From an uncultured Chloroflexia bacterium (GTDB taxonomy: Bacteria; Chloroflexota; Anaerolineae; Anaerolineales; Villigracilaceae), in the NCBI GenBank assembly GCA_963754835.1, contig CAVWHR010000047.1, positions 35,568 through 99,567 on the forward strand: a DNA stretch of 64,000 bases. Direction: 5' to 3'. Position 1 is the first letter of the stretch. The number at the start of each line of letters is the position of its first letter. Below are positions 19,129-28,797 of the stretch, one piece after another. Below the pieces are notes generated by a model. The model was given only the letters and a program-made list of their open reading frames with translations. It was not told the DNA's origin and searched no databases. Made by a program: the position numbers and the translations under genes.

Positions 19129-21068
19129 TTACCTTCGACGAGGTGTGGTAATTCTACCTTCTATATCCTCGATAGGAGTATCACTCCTTTTTGAATCTGA
19201 AGGATCGTTGTCTTCCGATGGACTGACCAGTGAGAAGCGAAGTCGAATTCCACCTCGCTCGACTTGTCCAAGTTCTATTTCGTCACCATTATGTAACGCT
19301 TCAGGGGTGAGCGGCACAAGCTTTGTATTGTTTAGGTATGTTCCCCATTGGCTGTCTTCGTCTCGAACTGAAAACCCATCATCGCCTTCCTGAATTGTGC
19401 AGTGTAAACGGCTGATGACGCTATCCTCGTCGTTTGCATGGAAGATCAGTTCGGCGTGCCTCCGCGATCTACCGATCGAAGTCGTCCCATAAAGCTCGAA
19501 CGTTGTACGCCCCGAATCAATTCCGGCCATAGCTATTAAATAAGCTTTAGGTGACGCAAGGTTGCGCCTCTTTGTAAGACCTGTGACAATTCCTATTCCT
19601 CCCTCAACTACGCTGCTACCAACAGTTGCAATTTGGCGACGGAAGACAACTACCAGAGCAAGTGCGGCTAACGCAATACCCAATGCTAGAAAATTCGTAT
19701 AAGGTGCTACAACTGTAACTGTAGAACATAGAAAACCGGGGAGTCCTCTACACGCATCCGGCTGGGTTAAGACTATTAGAGGAACACTGGCGCTTGTGCT
19801 CGTCATGCCAAGTTCGTCAGTCACTTGGACCTGGACGGAGACGGGATTCTGCCCCGTTTGGTTATAAGTACGCAAATCCCACGGGACTTGTATAACACCG
19901 GAATTATCTATGGTCGGATTGGCAACTGTTCCCTGGGTCTGATTACCAACCACAACAGAAATGCTGGCTAGCTTACGTGGATGACTATCAGGCCAATCAA
20001 TCTTGACTGTCAAAGAAGCAACATCGGTCCCGGTTCCAGAATTGCTCTGGCCCAATGCCGCTGTACTTGGATTCCGGATTACGGTAGAGTTAGGGGCAGG
20101 ATTCTGAATTGACACCTGAGGCGGTTGCAATGAGATGTCATAGGTTTTGGATGCCGGGATGTTATTCGCGGCTGTGGTTATTACCACCTGACGGTTTCCA
20201 CTATTTGAATTAGGAGTACGGTAGGTGATCAGATATTGATCGCGCCACAATCCCATCGCCTGGTATATCGTATTTGCCGCTTCGGAGGAACTGTATAAAC
20301 TGTAAGCCCCGCCTCCAGCTTTGGCCAAATCACTTAAACTAGCCCCGAATCCATCATCTCCGGCTCTGAATAAGAGCGAATTGATCGTCGGATGATCTTC
20401 ACCTGCCAGTTGGCTGATAACGCTTCTATAAATATCAGGGGTCTGATTTTGGAATCCTGAGGAAAGAAATACGATAAAAGGCTCTTTCCCGTCGGTTTGT
20501 TGCTTCAATCTCGTAAGCGCGTCTAAAACCCCAACATATCCTGATGATGCTTGTGTCGCGTTATATTGATAACCGTTAATGCTGTTCTGAAGATCAGTCG
20601 CCGATGAACTGAAATCGTTAATTACGTTGGTTTTATCCCCATCCTGAGCAAGGATCATGACCGAGTCGGCAGCGTTCATTTGGGAAATGTAATTTTGTAT
20701 TGCTGATTTCATCTCGGAATATCCGAGTTTGCCCCGTAGCGCCAACCGCATTAAGTCCTTGTCCCGCATCAATCAGGAAAATAACACGTATCCCGGCAGT
20801 ATAAGGATCCATGGAAAATTGAACAGGTTGTCCATCTTCATTTACCGTAATAGATTGGGGGGTCAAATTGGTGATCGGAACCGTTATTAGGGCCCAGTGC
20901 TTGTAGTAAGACTTTGATGTTTGGAAATTCTGAAGTATCAATGGTTGATATTTTTAGATTTCGTATCGCATCCTGCGCGAAAACGGGACTTAAATTCGCA
21001 CCCGCCAACAAAACAAATAGAACGAATAAAGACAGAATTGATTTCCACCTAACCATGATTGCCTCCAA
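19129..21068 (-). pseudogene. Signal peptide + vWA-like domain + Ig-like region + TM + cytoplasmic FHA domain; two +1 frame breaks near the 5' end as assembled
   Basis: Fragments 20838..21068 (signal MVRWKSILSLFVLFVLLAGA), 20633..20941 (RVIFLIDAGQG) and 19129..20772 (KLGYSEMKSAIQNYISQMNAADSVMILA). TM segment LALGIALAALALVVVF. C-terminal FHA: IGRSRRHAELIF..ISRLHCTIQ..WGTYLNNTKL..GDEIELG. Confidence 0.7.
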
Positions 21069-21317
21069 GCATATTTGTTTTGGTCCTGTTTTTTTATTAT
21101 TGTCCGGGAATTTAATTGTATATCACCAACCTATAGTAACAGATTATACTTCATCTTAATTGATTTTGTTTGGTCCTGCTTGTGGAGTTTCTTGGCGACG
21201 CTTAATCCCAGAAATGAATGCGTCATTCAGGATAGTGCATATAATGTATCATGCTGCAAAATCGAATATAATCATACTTGCGGGCGAACACATCAAGCTA
21301 TAAAGGGAGAAATAACC

Positions 21318-22799
21318 ATGAAACATCTGTTTACTATTGTTATTGTAAGTGTATTGTTTTCTATCTTACTGGCGGCCTGCCTGCCAAAGGCTGGGCCTAA
21401 TGTTTTAAGTACTAAAGCGACAGCTACTAATACTTCTTCCCTCAATCCTGTATCAACTGAGATCACTGCCACATTAGTGCCAGCTGTTCTTCCTAAGCCG
21501 GAAGCCGCAATAGGTGCAACATTTCGCTACATCGACGGCACTCTCCTCGTAGCTGTACCCGCTGGACCTTTTAAAATGGGCCGCGCCGGGGGCTCGGACA
21601 ATCCCGAGCATACCGTCACCCTCAGCGATTTTTGGATTTATAGTACCAAGGTTACCAATAGGCAATACGCTTACTGTGTTAGCGCAGGTATATGTGCGCC
21701 TCCAGATGTGACGGCTGATTTGGGTTATAACGATTATTCACGGTTCGACGATCCCGTCACAGGTGTAGACTGGAATCAGGCGCAGACTTATTGTACATAT
21801 GTATCTGGACGTTTACCGACCGAGGCTGAGTGGGAGAAAGCTGCCCGTGGTCCTGATGGCAACTTATATCCATGGGGAAACGATGCGCCTACCTGTGACC
21901 TGCTCAATTTTAATAACTGTGTGGGCACGAGCACGAATGTGACTACTTATCCTCAGGGTCAAAGTTACTATCATGCTTTAGACATGGCAGGTAATGCCTA
22001 CGAATGGGTAGCCGACTGGTATGATGGGCGGTACTATAAAACTGGTCCAACCCAGGACCCACTTGGCCCTAAAACTGGTAGTATGCGTTCAGCTCGTTCT
22101 TCGGGCTATAACAGCACTATTGATTCAATACTTTCCTCAGTGCGTTCCCCTTTCAATCCGGATAATCTTCGCCATGATCTTGGCTTCCGTTGTGTGGTAG
22201 ATGATCCCACATACGTTGCTCCAATATGTGAACAGCCGAGTATTTACGGACCGGCCCCAAGCGATGGTCAATCCGTGCAAAAAAATGTGCCAACTAATTG
22301 CCCAATCATTAGTCTGGATATTGCTCAACAAAAATGTGGCAGTAACTCAACCTATGTAACCATTAACTCCAATGCCCCTGGTCTGACGACCGTCGGCGGT
22401 GTTGATAAATGCACCCTACTCTTAGGCAGTTGGGATACTTATCCGCAGACTTACGACTGTCACGCAGCAACAACCGCCACTATTAGTGGCACATGCACTT
22501 ACTCTGGTTTGGGTGATGCACGTTGCGCTGATCACTATAATTTAGATCCGCAGACCGGGACATGTAAATGGGACGGGACGAGTGTTCCTGGTAACCAATG
22601 CCTAGCTGGCTACAATTTTGACTCAACTAATCAGTGTTGTTCGTCAACATCCGGAAAAAAAGCAGATTATTCTTTATGCGCAGTGGGAAGTACTCTGACC
22701 GATCTTGGAAATGGCCAATATAGTTGCGTGACAATCTCAAATTTACAGACAGTCACACCTATCTCAAAGGATGTCAAAATGCCAGCAGTTTGTCAATAG
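21318..22799 (+). CDS. Lipoprotein with FGE/SUMF1 (formylglycine-generating enzyme-like) domain and Cys-rich C-terminal region
   Basis: ATG at 21318 is preceded by AAGGGAGA. Lipobox SILLAAC. FGE-like text FKMGRAGGSDNPEHTVTLSDFWIYSTKVTN..GRLPTEAEWEKAARGPDGNLYPWGN..AGNAYEWVADWY..LGFRCV. I reject the upstream extension to 21075. Confidence 0.8.
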   Translation: MKHLFTIVIVSVLFSILLAACLPKAGPNVLSTKATATNTSSLNPVSTEITATLVPAVLPKPEAAIGATFRYIDGTLLVAVPAGPFKMGRAGGSDNPEHTVTLSDFWIYSTKVTNRQYAYCVSAGICAPPDVTADLGYNDYSRFDDPVTGVDWNQAQTYCTYVSGRLPTEAEWEKAARGPDGNLYPWGNDAPTCDLLNFNNCVGTSTNVTTYPQGQSYYHALDMAGNAYEWVADWYDGRYYKTGPTQDPLGPKTGSMRSARSSGYNSTIDSILSSVRSPFNPDNLRHDLGFRCVVDDPTYVAPICEQPSIYGPAPSDGQSVQKNVPTNCPIISLDIAQQKCGSNSTYVTINSNAPGLTTVGGVDKCTLLLGSWDTYPQTYDCHAATTATISGTCTYSGLGDARCADHYNLDPQTGTCKWDGTSVPGNQCLAGYNFDSTNQCCSSTSGKKADYSLCAVGSTLTDLGNGQYSCVTISNLQTVTPISKDVKMPAVCQ

Positions 22800-22904
22800 A
22801 CAGATGTTAAGTTTGGAACAGAAAACTAAAAAGATCTAACCCTATAGAGTATTGCTAGTCGTCCTGGCTCTTAGCTAGAGAAGTGAAACCGAGGATTGCG
22901 AAAA

Positions 22905-22938
22905 CCATACCCATCTCAAATATGGGGAACTGGTTTTT
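22905..22938 (+). terminator. Intrinsic terminator-like hairpin after the FGE-like gene
   Basis: CCA..CCCAT loop ATGGG..TGG stem followed by TTTTT (22934-22938). Confidence 0.45.
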
Positions 22939-22996
22939 CTCATTAGTAGCTTTTAACTTATAAATTAACAAAAAGACAAAACAAATTAATACACTA

Positions 22997-24120
22997 AGTA
23001 ATCCGTTGAAAGTCTTTATATAAACCGTGTGGGAGTGATAAACTTCCAGGATGCCAAAACCGAGAGATTACCATCTCAAGAAACGTGAACTGGAAGCCCT
23101 TGTCATTGCCATTCGACATGATCAGCGTCCTGAAGTTCGTCAAAGATGTACAACCATTCATCTGTTGCATCTAGGGCATAAGCCGGAAGAAATCGCCGAA
23201 ATGCAGAGCGTCAGTGTTCCCAGCATTTACAACTGGATCAACCGTTGGCGCAGCGGCGGGATCGAAGGTTTGGCGACCAAGCCGAGAAGCGGTCGTCCAG
23301 CCTTAGCGGACGAGGGGTACGCTCTCGCCGTAGAAGAGACGCTGGCGAAGGAACCCGGCGAATTGGGGTATGGGTTTCGGATCTGGACCGTGGATCGCCT
23401 GCGAGCCCATGTAGAGAAGCAGACCGGGATTGGTCTGAGCGAGAGCAGCTTCCGGGAATTATTGAAGCGGAAAGGGTATCGATATCGGCGTCCCAAACAG
23501 GATCTGGGCCATTTGCAGGATAAGAAAGCCAAAGCCCAAGCCGGAAAACTTCTGGAAGAGTTGAAAAAAAGGTCCTCGGAGACGATTTCGAGCTCCTCTT
23601 TGTGGACGAAACGACCCTGAGTTTGGAGCCGCCTGTGCGAGCCTGCTGGATGAAGATCGGTGAGCAGAAACGCATTCCGGCGATCCGAGTAGGGAGCAAG
23701 CAACATCAACATATCTTTGGAGCTTATAACTGGCGTTCGGGTCGGATCAGTTGGACAACCGCCAGGACGAAGAACAGTGCCTACTTCATCACTTTTCTCG
23801 AGCATCTCTTGGTTGACATTTACCCGACGGGACGGGTGGTACTGGTGATGGATAACGCTGCCTATCACAAGAGCGCTTCCGCCTTGGCCGCTTTGAGTTT
23901 GTTCGAACATCGGGTGATGGTGATTTGGCTGCCACCCTACTGTTCGGACCTCAATCCGATTGAACGCTTCTGGCGTCATTTGAAAGACCTCGCGTGCGCC
24001 AACAAACTTCAAGATACTATTCAAGATGTGGTTCAAGCCACCGACCATATTTTGAATGAACAGAACAACCCGAAATCGACTTTGCGCTTCCATGTCTCTA
24101 AATACTTATGACGGATTACT
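22997..24120 (+). mobile_element. IS630-family insertion sequence (about 1.12 kb) flanked by TA
   Basis: Terminal inverted repeats AGTAATCCGT (22997-23006) and ACGGATTACT (24111-24120), with TA on each side (22995-96 and 24121-22). Encodes an HTH + DDE (Tc1/mariner-like) transposase. Confidence 0.8.
23051..24111 (+). CDS. IS630-family transposase, two frames joined by a -1 shift at an A7 run (23565-23571)
   Basis: Fragment 23051..23620 holds the HTH region. Fragment 23602..24111 has LFVDETTLSL, VLVMDNAAYHKS and WLPPYCSDLNPIERFW (DDE_3). A -1 slip on TTGAAAAAAAGG gives ..KKKVLGDDFELLFVDETT. Confidence 0.8.
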
Positions 24121-24122
24121 TA

Positions 24123-25052
24123 GACCCTATCCGTAAAATGAAAGGACCTTAACAAAAAGACACTCCCGATGCAGAATTGGAGGTGCGAACCAAACAACCT
24201 GCAAGGAGTGTCGAATGAGTTATACCACGCTCTGGGAAGTTCCGGATGAGCTTTGGGAAAAGATTGAACGGATTCTTCCCAAGGAGAAACCCATCGGAAG
24301 TCGAGGCAGACCAGCACTGCCAAACCGGCAAGTATTCAATGGAATCTTGTTCGTGTTGCGCAGTGGCTGTCAGTGGAAAGGCTTGAAGAAAGAGTGGTTT
24401 GGAGCCAGCAGTAGTGTGCATACCCGGTTTCAAGCCTGGAATGAAGCCGGTTTGTGGAAGAAGATTTTTCGAGTGATGGTGAAGTATTATCATAAGAAGC
24501 GACGCATTCAGTGGACGTGGCAATCGATTGACAGCAAGATGGTGGCGGCTCCCCTGGGAGGCGATTTGACCGGTCCCAACCCAACCGATAGGGCAAAATC
24601 GGGCTCGAAGCGCCATATTTTGGTTGATCGACCGCGGTGCGCCTTTGTCGGTGCTCATCACAGCTGCCAATGCCCACGATATCACTTGTGCCGTGACCTT
24701 GGTCGACCGACCGATTGTACCTAGACCGAAAACCAAATATCGAGTCCATCATTTGTGTGCAGATAAAGGCTATGACTCGGAACCCTTTCGATGCAAGTTG
24801 CTTAGACGAAAAATCAAACCTCATATCCGCAAGCGCGAATACACATCGCAACCTCCTCCACCGCCTTTGGAATCACAGCGTTATCCGGCCAGACGCTGGG
24901 TAGTGGAACGAACCTTATCCTGGCAAAATGACTTTCGTTCCTTACGTGTTCGCTGGGCGAAGAAGCCGAGCAATTGGCTGGCGTTGATTTATCTCGCATG
25001 CACTTTCGTTCTCTGGAATATGTGCGCCAATGTCTAATTTACGGATAGGGTC
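24123..25052 (+). mobile_element. IS5-family (IS1031/IS427-like) insertion sequence, 930 bp, nested in the IS630 terminus
   Basis: Perfect 15-bp inverted repeats GACCCTATCCGTAAA (24123-24137) and TTTACGGATAGGGTC (25038-25052). 3-bp direct duplication TTA (24120-22 and 25053-55). Confidence 0.85.
24215..25037 (+). pseudogene. IS5-family transposase, split by one +1 frame break (about 24625-24640)
   Basis: Fragment 24215..24724 has RGRPALPNRQVFNGILFVLRSGCQWK. Fragment 24624..25037 has GAPLSVLITAANAHD and LCADKGYDS. No slippery motif is seen at the junction. Confidence 0.75.
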
Positions 25053-25330
25053 TTAGAAATATTAGTCCTTAAAACAGATTTTAAATAACCGTTCACCTTT
25101 GCAAAATGAATAAAAATGGTTAAACTCGAAGTCCAGATGGGGCGGTGTTTTTGCTACACTTTCTACGCCTCATGAGCAGGGTGCAAGAGATGAACGCGCT
25201 CACCAGCCAGGGGGGGATACCTCCGCAAAGCGACACCCGGTAGGCTGTTCGATTGTTAGGTGCCCGATTTCCATACCCATTTTACTCCTCCATAAAACCT
25301 ACAAACAATCACCCCTGAACGGTTATCGAA

Positions 25331-26143
25331 TCAATGTTTCTTGCCTAGCTTATTCTTGGATGCAGGTTTAGGCGTATTCTCTATAGCCGATTCGGGGAGT
25401 GGCGACATAACGAACTTGTTTATTGCTGCCTCAGTTTCGATAAATTCTTTCTTAATGGTTCGATATCGTACTGCTAGGTCTGCTTTGCGTGCTCGATCCC
25501 AAAAGTGAACGTCCCGAGCTGATACAATACCCTTGTATTGAATATCTTGATGCTTGGATAGAGCAAATCTTATTCCTCGTATTTCATAACGTACCCTGCC
25601 CAGCTTCTCTTGGAGGACATTAAAATAATATACCCTTCCCATGTCTGATGGAAATTCCGTCTCAATTTTATTACTTCTGAGTTTTTCCACGTGAACCATA
25701 TAGAGACTGTATAAACTTATAAACAAAAGAAAAATTTGTGCTATCCATAATGATAACGAGTTTGTAGGAAACTTTGACTCCCTAAAAATAACTAATGCGA
25801 GCACAAGGACGGATGCAATTAAATAAAATATAAGAAGGCGTGTTCCGGTATATAGTTTAGTGGAAAAGTCTCGCTGAATTTCTGTCTTGAGTTTTATTAA
25901 TGTGGTAATTCCGGTTCCTACCAGAACAATAGTTGGAAAAGACCATTCCGGTGACAAATATAGAATATCAAAATTTCCTGTTGAAAGATATTTAACACTT
26001 ACAATAACAGCAATTGGCAAAAGTGCAAAAGCGGCATCTTCCAAAAACCAAGCTAGGAAGTCGAAAACCACCTCAATTATTCGATTGGAAAATTTGGATA
26101 CATTCTTGAATAACTTCTTTAATATAGCCAATAACTTACTCAT
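25331..26143 (-). CDS. Hypothetical membrane protein (4 TM + basic cytoplasmic tail), AT-rich orphan
   Basis: 270-aa ORF in a clearly AT-richer stretch than its neighbours. I recognise no motif. Confidence 0.5.
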   Translation of the reverse strand: MSKLLAILKKLFKNVSKFSNRIIEVVFDFLAWFLEDAAFALLPIAVIVSVKYLSTGNFDILYLSPEWSFPTIVLVGTGITTLIKLKTEIQRDFSTKLYTGTRLLIFYLIASVLVLALVIFRESKFPTNSLSLWIAQIFLLFISLYSLYMVHVEKLRSNKIETEFPSDMGRVYYFNVLQEKLGRVRYEIRGIRFALSKHQDIQYKGIVSARDVHFWDRARKADLAVRYRTIKKEFIETEAAINKFVMSPLPESAIENTPKPASKNKLGKKH

Positions 26144-26347
26144 GAGAAATTACCCCTTTCTTCAATCCGACTTGTTTATTTCCTGTTATTTCATTTTCTA
26201 ATTGTAATCTATCTAAGTCGGGATAGGTTAACGATGGGTGGCAAGCCCTAATGTTCGTATAAGGTCGTTGTAAGTGAGCTAAAGTTTAATGGTTTATTAA
26301 ATTGCAGTTAAAAAAACATCTAAGTCACTAAAATATTATAGCAGGAG

Positions 26348-26773
26348 ATGACGATGAAATCCTATCGCAAAGAACTATTCTTCAATCTCCCCACCCGGCG
26401 CGGTTTTGTAAATATTACTTCGCAGGTAGAGGTATGCCTGCATGAAAGTGGCGTTCATGAAGGCCTTGCCCTGATTTGCCCGATGCATATTACCGCCTCA
26501 GTCTTCATCAATGACGACGAATCTGGCCTACACCAGGATTATGAACGCTGGCTGGAGAAGCTGGCTCCGCATGGGCCGACAAGTCAGTATCTTCACAACC
26601 GCACCGGCGAAGACAACGCTGATGCACACATCAAACGCCAGATCATGGGACGCGAAGTTGTTGTTGCAGTAACAGAGGGTAAATTGGACTTTGGAACCTG
26701 GGAGCAAATCTTCTACGGTGAGTTCGATGGACGGCGGCGTAAGCGTGTACTAGTTAAGATTATCGGTGAATAA
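26348..26773 (+). CDS. YjbQ/UPF0047-family protein
   Basis: 141 aa. [77 protein letters not shown] matches the family pattern as I recall it. Confidence 0.8.
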   Translation: MTMKSYRKELFFNLPTRRGFVNITSQVEVCLHESGVHEGLALICPMHITASVFINDDESGLHQDYERWLEKLAPHGPTSQYLHNRTGEDNADAHIKRQIMGREVVVAVTEGKLDFGTWEQIFYGEFDGRRRKRVLVKIIGE

Positions 26774-26806
26774 TAAGTCTCCCCGACATAAGTCGGGGAG
26801 ACTTAT
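26773..26806 (+). terminator. Perfect 15-bp stem / 4-nt loop hairpin directly after the YjbQ-like gene
   Basis: ATAAGTCTCCCCGAC-ATAA-GTCGGGGAGACTTAT. No T-run follows, so its function as a terminator is uncertain. Confidence 0.5.
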
Positions 26807-26911
26807 CCACTAAATCGACTTGTTGCCTCAATTTGCAGGCAGTTGGAAGTAGGGCATCGGTTGTGTTAGTAGATTAACGAGATTTGGTGATATCGCAAAG
26901 TGGTAATTGCG

Positions 26912-27155
26912 ACGGACCAGTGATCGCAAATCCTCTTCCCCCTTATTATGACCTCTACATGCAAGAGTGACGATATTAGAGGCAATACCTGCTTGACAAC
27001 CGTCATATTTGGGGGATAACCAGCCTACCTACAACCATATGTTGTGTTCCCTTGTGATTACATCGCCAACGCGATATTTGGATGAGCCTGGGTGGTGGCA
27101 CTAGTCATAGAAATAGTGTATCACGGGCGGGATGAAAGCCAAAGTTTTCATAATA
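26912..27155 (-). repeat. Repeat family copy A (IS91-like transposase 5'-region relic?), conserved core 27035..27130
   Basis: The core CCATATGTTGTGTTCCCTTG.GATTACATCGCCAA...GTGTATCACGGGCG is shared with copies at about 35546, 55821 and 62586. A left arm (ACGGACCAGTGATCGC .. CCCCCTTAT) is shared with copy C. Confidence 0.8.
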
Positions 27156-27563
27156 AACAAAGATAAAATGCATATGTGAAAGGATACAAGTATGTCGCTA
27201 GGCGAGATATGTCAATTTTATAAATTGGTAGATCAAAAACACCAAACCCAATGCACTCGGCGATGACACAGATGTAAATCTAGGCGCGGGCGTAGTATCG
27301 TGTATTGAAGTTAGCGCGGACAATCGTGGACTTGGTGGATCTGAGCAGATTCAGGCGGCGCATTTAGCGGCACTTATAGTGTCCCTTAGAGAAAGAACGG
27401 GAATGTAATGCTTCGCAAAGGGCTGCAGTATGGGCCAAAGTTGATGATGGGGGCATAGAGTTCTTACACCGCTTAATCTTATATTCAGTGATTTGTGTGG
27501 GATGGGTCGTTTCACTCGTAATGTCCCATCACCATTGACGCACTTCCGCTTGATATGCTAAAC

Positions 27564-27577
27564 TGAAAGTGCTTTCA
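27564..27577. promoter_or_regulatory. 14-bp palindrome TGAAAGTGCTTTCA, candidate LacI-family operator (upstream of the regulator gene)
   Basis: Perfect palindrome with an identical second copy at 28653..28666. Resembles the LacI/CcpA-type TGnAAnnnnTTnCA operator. Confidence 0.55.
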
Positions 27578-27598
27578 TACCCATTCTCAAGAAATATC

Positions 27599-28634
27599 AT
27601 GGTTAAGAAGAAAAAAAGTCCAACCATCTATGATGTTGCCAAACACGCCGGGGTAAGCATTACCACCGTCTCGCGAATGATGAACGCCCCAAATAAGGTC
27701 AATTCCGAGACACGGGAAAGGGTAATGGCTTCCATCGATGCATTAGGCTTTGTACCGAAAGCAGAAGCTCGAGCCCGGGCGATGCAAAAGAACGGCCGCA
27801 TCGGTGTGATCACCCCCTTCTTCACAGCTCCATCCTTCGTACAACGGCTGCGCGGTATTGCGGGCGCCTTATCCCCCAAGAATTCTGAGTTGGTCATTTA
27901 TACGGTTGATTCGACCAATCATCTGCAAAGATATCTTTCCACCCTGCCTTTGACCGGCAACCTGGATGGGCTCATCATTTTGTCTTTGCCGGTAGGTGAC
28001 GCGGATGCGCGACCGCTTGATAGACCATGAATTACCAACCGTGCTGATCGAGTATCCGCATCCCAAACTGAACTGTGTAGAGATTGACGATGTGCAAGGC
28101 GGGTACATGGCGGCCACCTATTTGCTCAAGAAAGGCCACCGCCGGATCGCCTTTTTGGGTGATACCGATTTACCGGAATATTCCATTCATCCGGTAAGTT
28201 TACGTTTGAGCGGGTTTCGGCAGGCGCTAAAGGAATCCGGGATCGATCTCCCTGATACGTTTGTGCGTCTTGCCCCTTATTCCCAGGAACAAACCCGCCA
28301 GGTTGCCAGGGAATTGCTCAGCCTTTCCGAACCACCGACTGCCATTTTCGCGGCAACCGATTTCCAGGCACTAGGGGTGCTCAAGGCTGCCCGCCAGTTG
28401 AATGTCGAGGTGCCGGAACAACTGGCCGTCATCGGTTTCGATGATCTCGATATGGCTGAATATGCCGACCTGACAACCATTTGCCAGCACCTGGATGAGT
28501 CGGGAAGGTTGGCGGTGGAAATATTACTTGCACAGATAGAATCGTCTTCCCAGACTACCAAGACATGTCAAAATCCCCCTCACCATAATCGAACGAAAAA
28601 CCGCATAAGAAATTGGATATTGACTTTCGTTTGA
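27599..28634 (+). pseudogene. LacI-family transcriptional regulator; one +1 frame break (about 28000-28030) as assembled
   Basis: HTH TIYDVAKHAGVSITTVSRMMN. Sugar-binding domain fragments 27569..28030 and 27996..28634 (IAFLGD.., AIFAATDFQALGVLKAARQL, VIGFDD). Confidence 0.8.
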
Positions 28635-28652
28635 AAAGATGTATACTTATTA

Positions 28653-28666
28653 TGAAAGTGCTTTCA
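28653..28666. promoter_or_regulatory. Second copy of the TGAAAGTGCTTTCA palindrome, upstream of the ABC transporter operon
   Basis: Identical 14-mer, 132 nt upstream of the binding-protein ATG. Confidence 0.55.
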
Positions 28667-28797
28667 TGATACTACTTACATAACATCTTCGATTCCATAT
28701 TCAAAATTCAGGAGGTGTGTTTATCATAAATTCAAAAACCAAAATCCTGACCCTCCTATTGCAAATCCATGATTCAAAATCAAAAGGAGAATGAGAA

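Noticed and set aside
21075-21317. N-terminal extensions offered by the ORF track: 21075 for the FGE-like gene, 42681 for propeller paralog 3, 58310 for the flavodoxin-like gene.
   Set aside because: Internal ATGs (21318, 42930, 58433) have SD sequences or the conserved TAATG coupling and begin with a lipoprotein signal, the conserved MADH.DLEQ, or MKAILLDG. The extensions overlap upstream genes or promoters.
23227-24736. 288-aa and 195-aa ORFs antisense to the IS630-like and IS5-like transposase genes.
   Set aside because: The sense frames carry the recognisable HTH/DDE motifs. The antisense translations have no motif and fully overlap them.
27070-27105. Conserved 16-codon micro-ORF on the minus strand of the four-copy repeat (M-T/P-S/N-ATAQA-C/H-PNIALA-M/R), considered as a leader or RiPP-like peptide.
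   Set aside because: No SD sequence precedes it. The period-3 substitution signal rests on only about 9-16 variable sites. The neighbouring repeat sequence shows no consistent frame. It more likely reflects ancestry from a transposase coding region. Left as a note inside the repeat finding.
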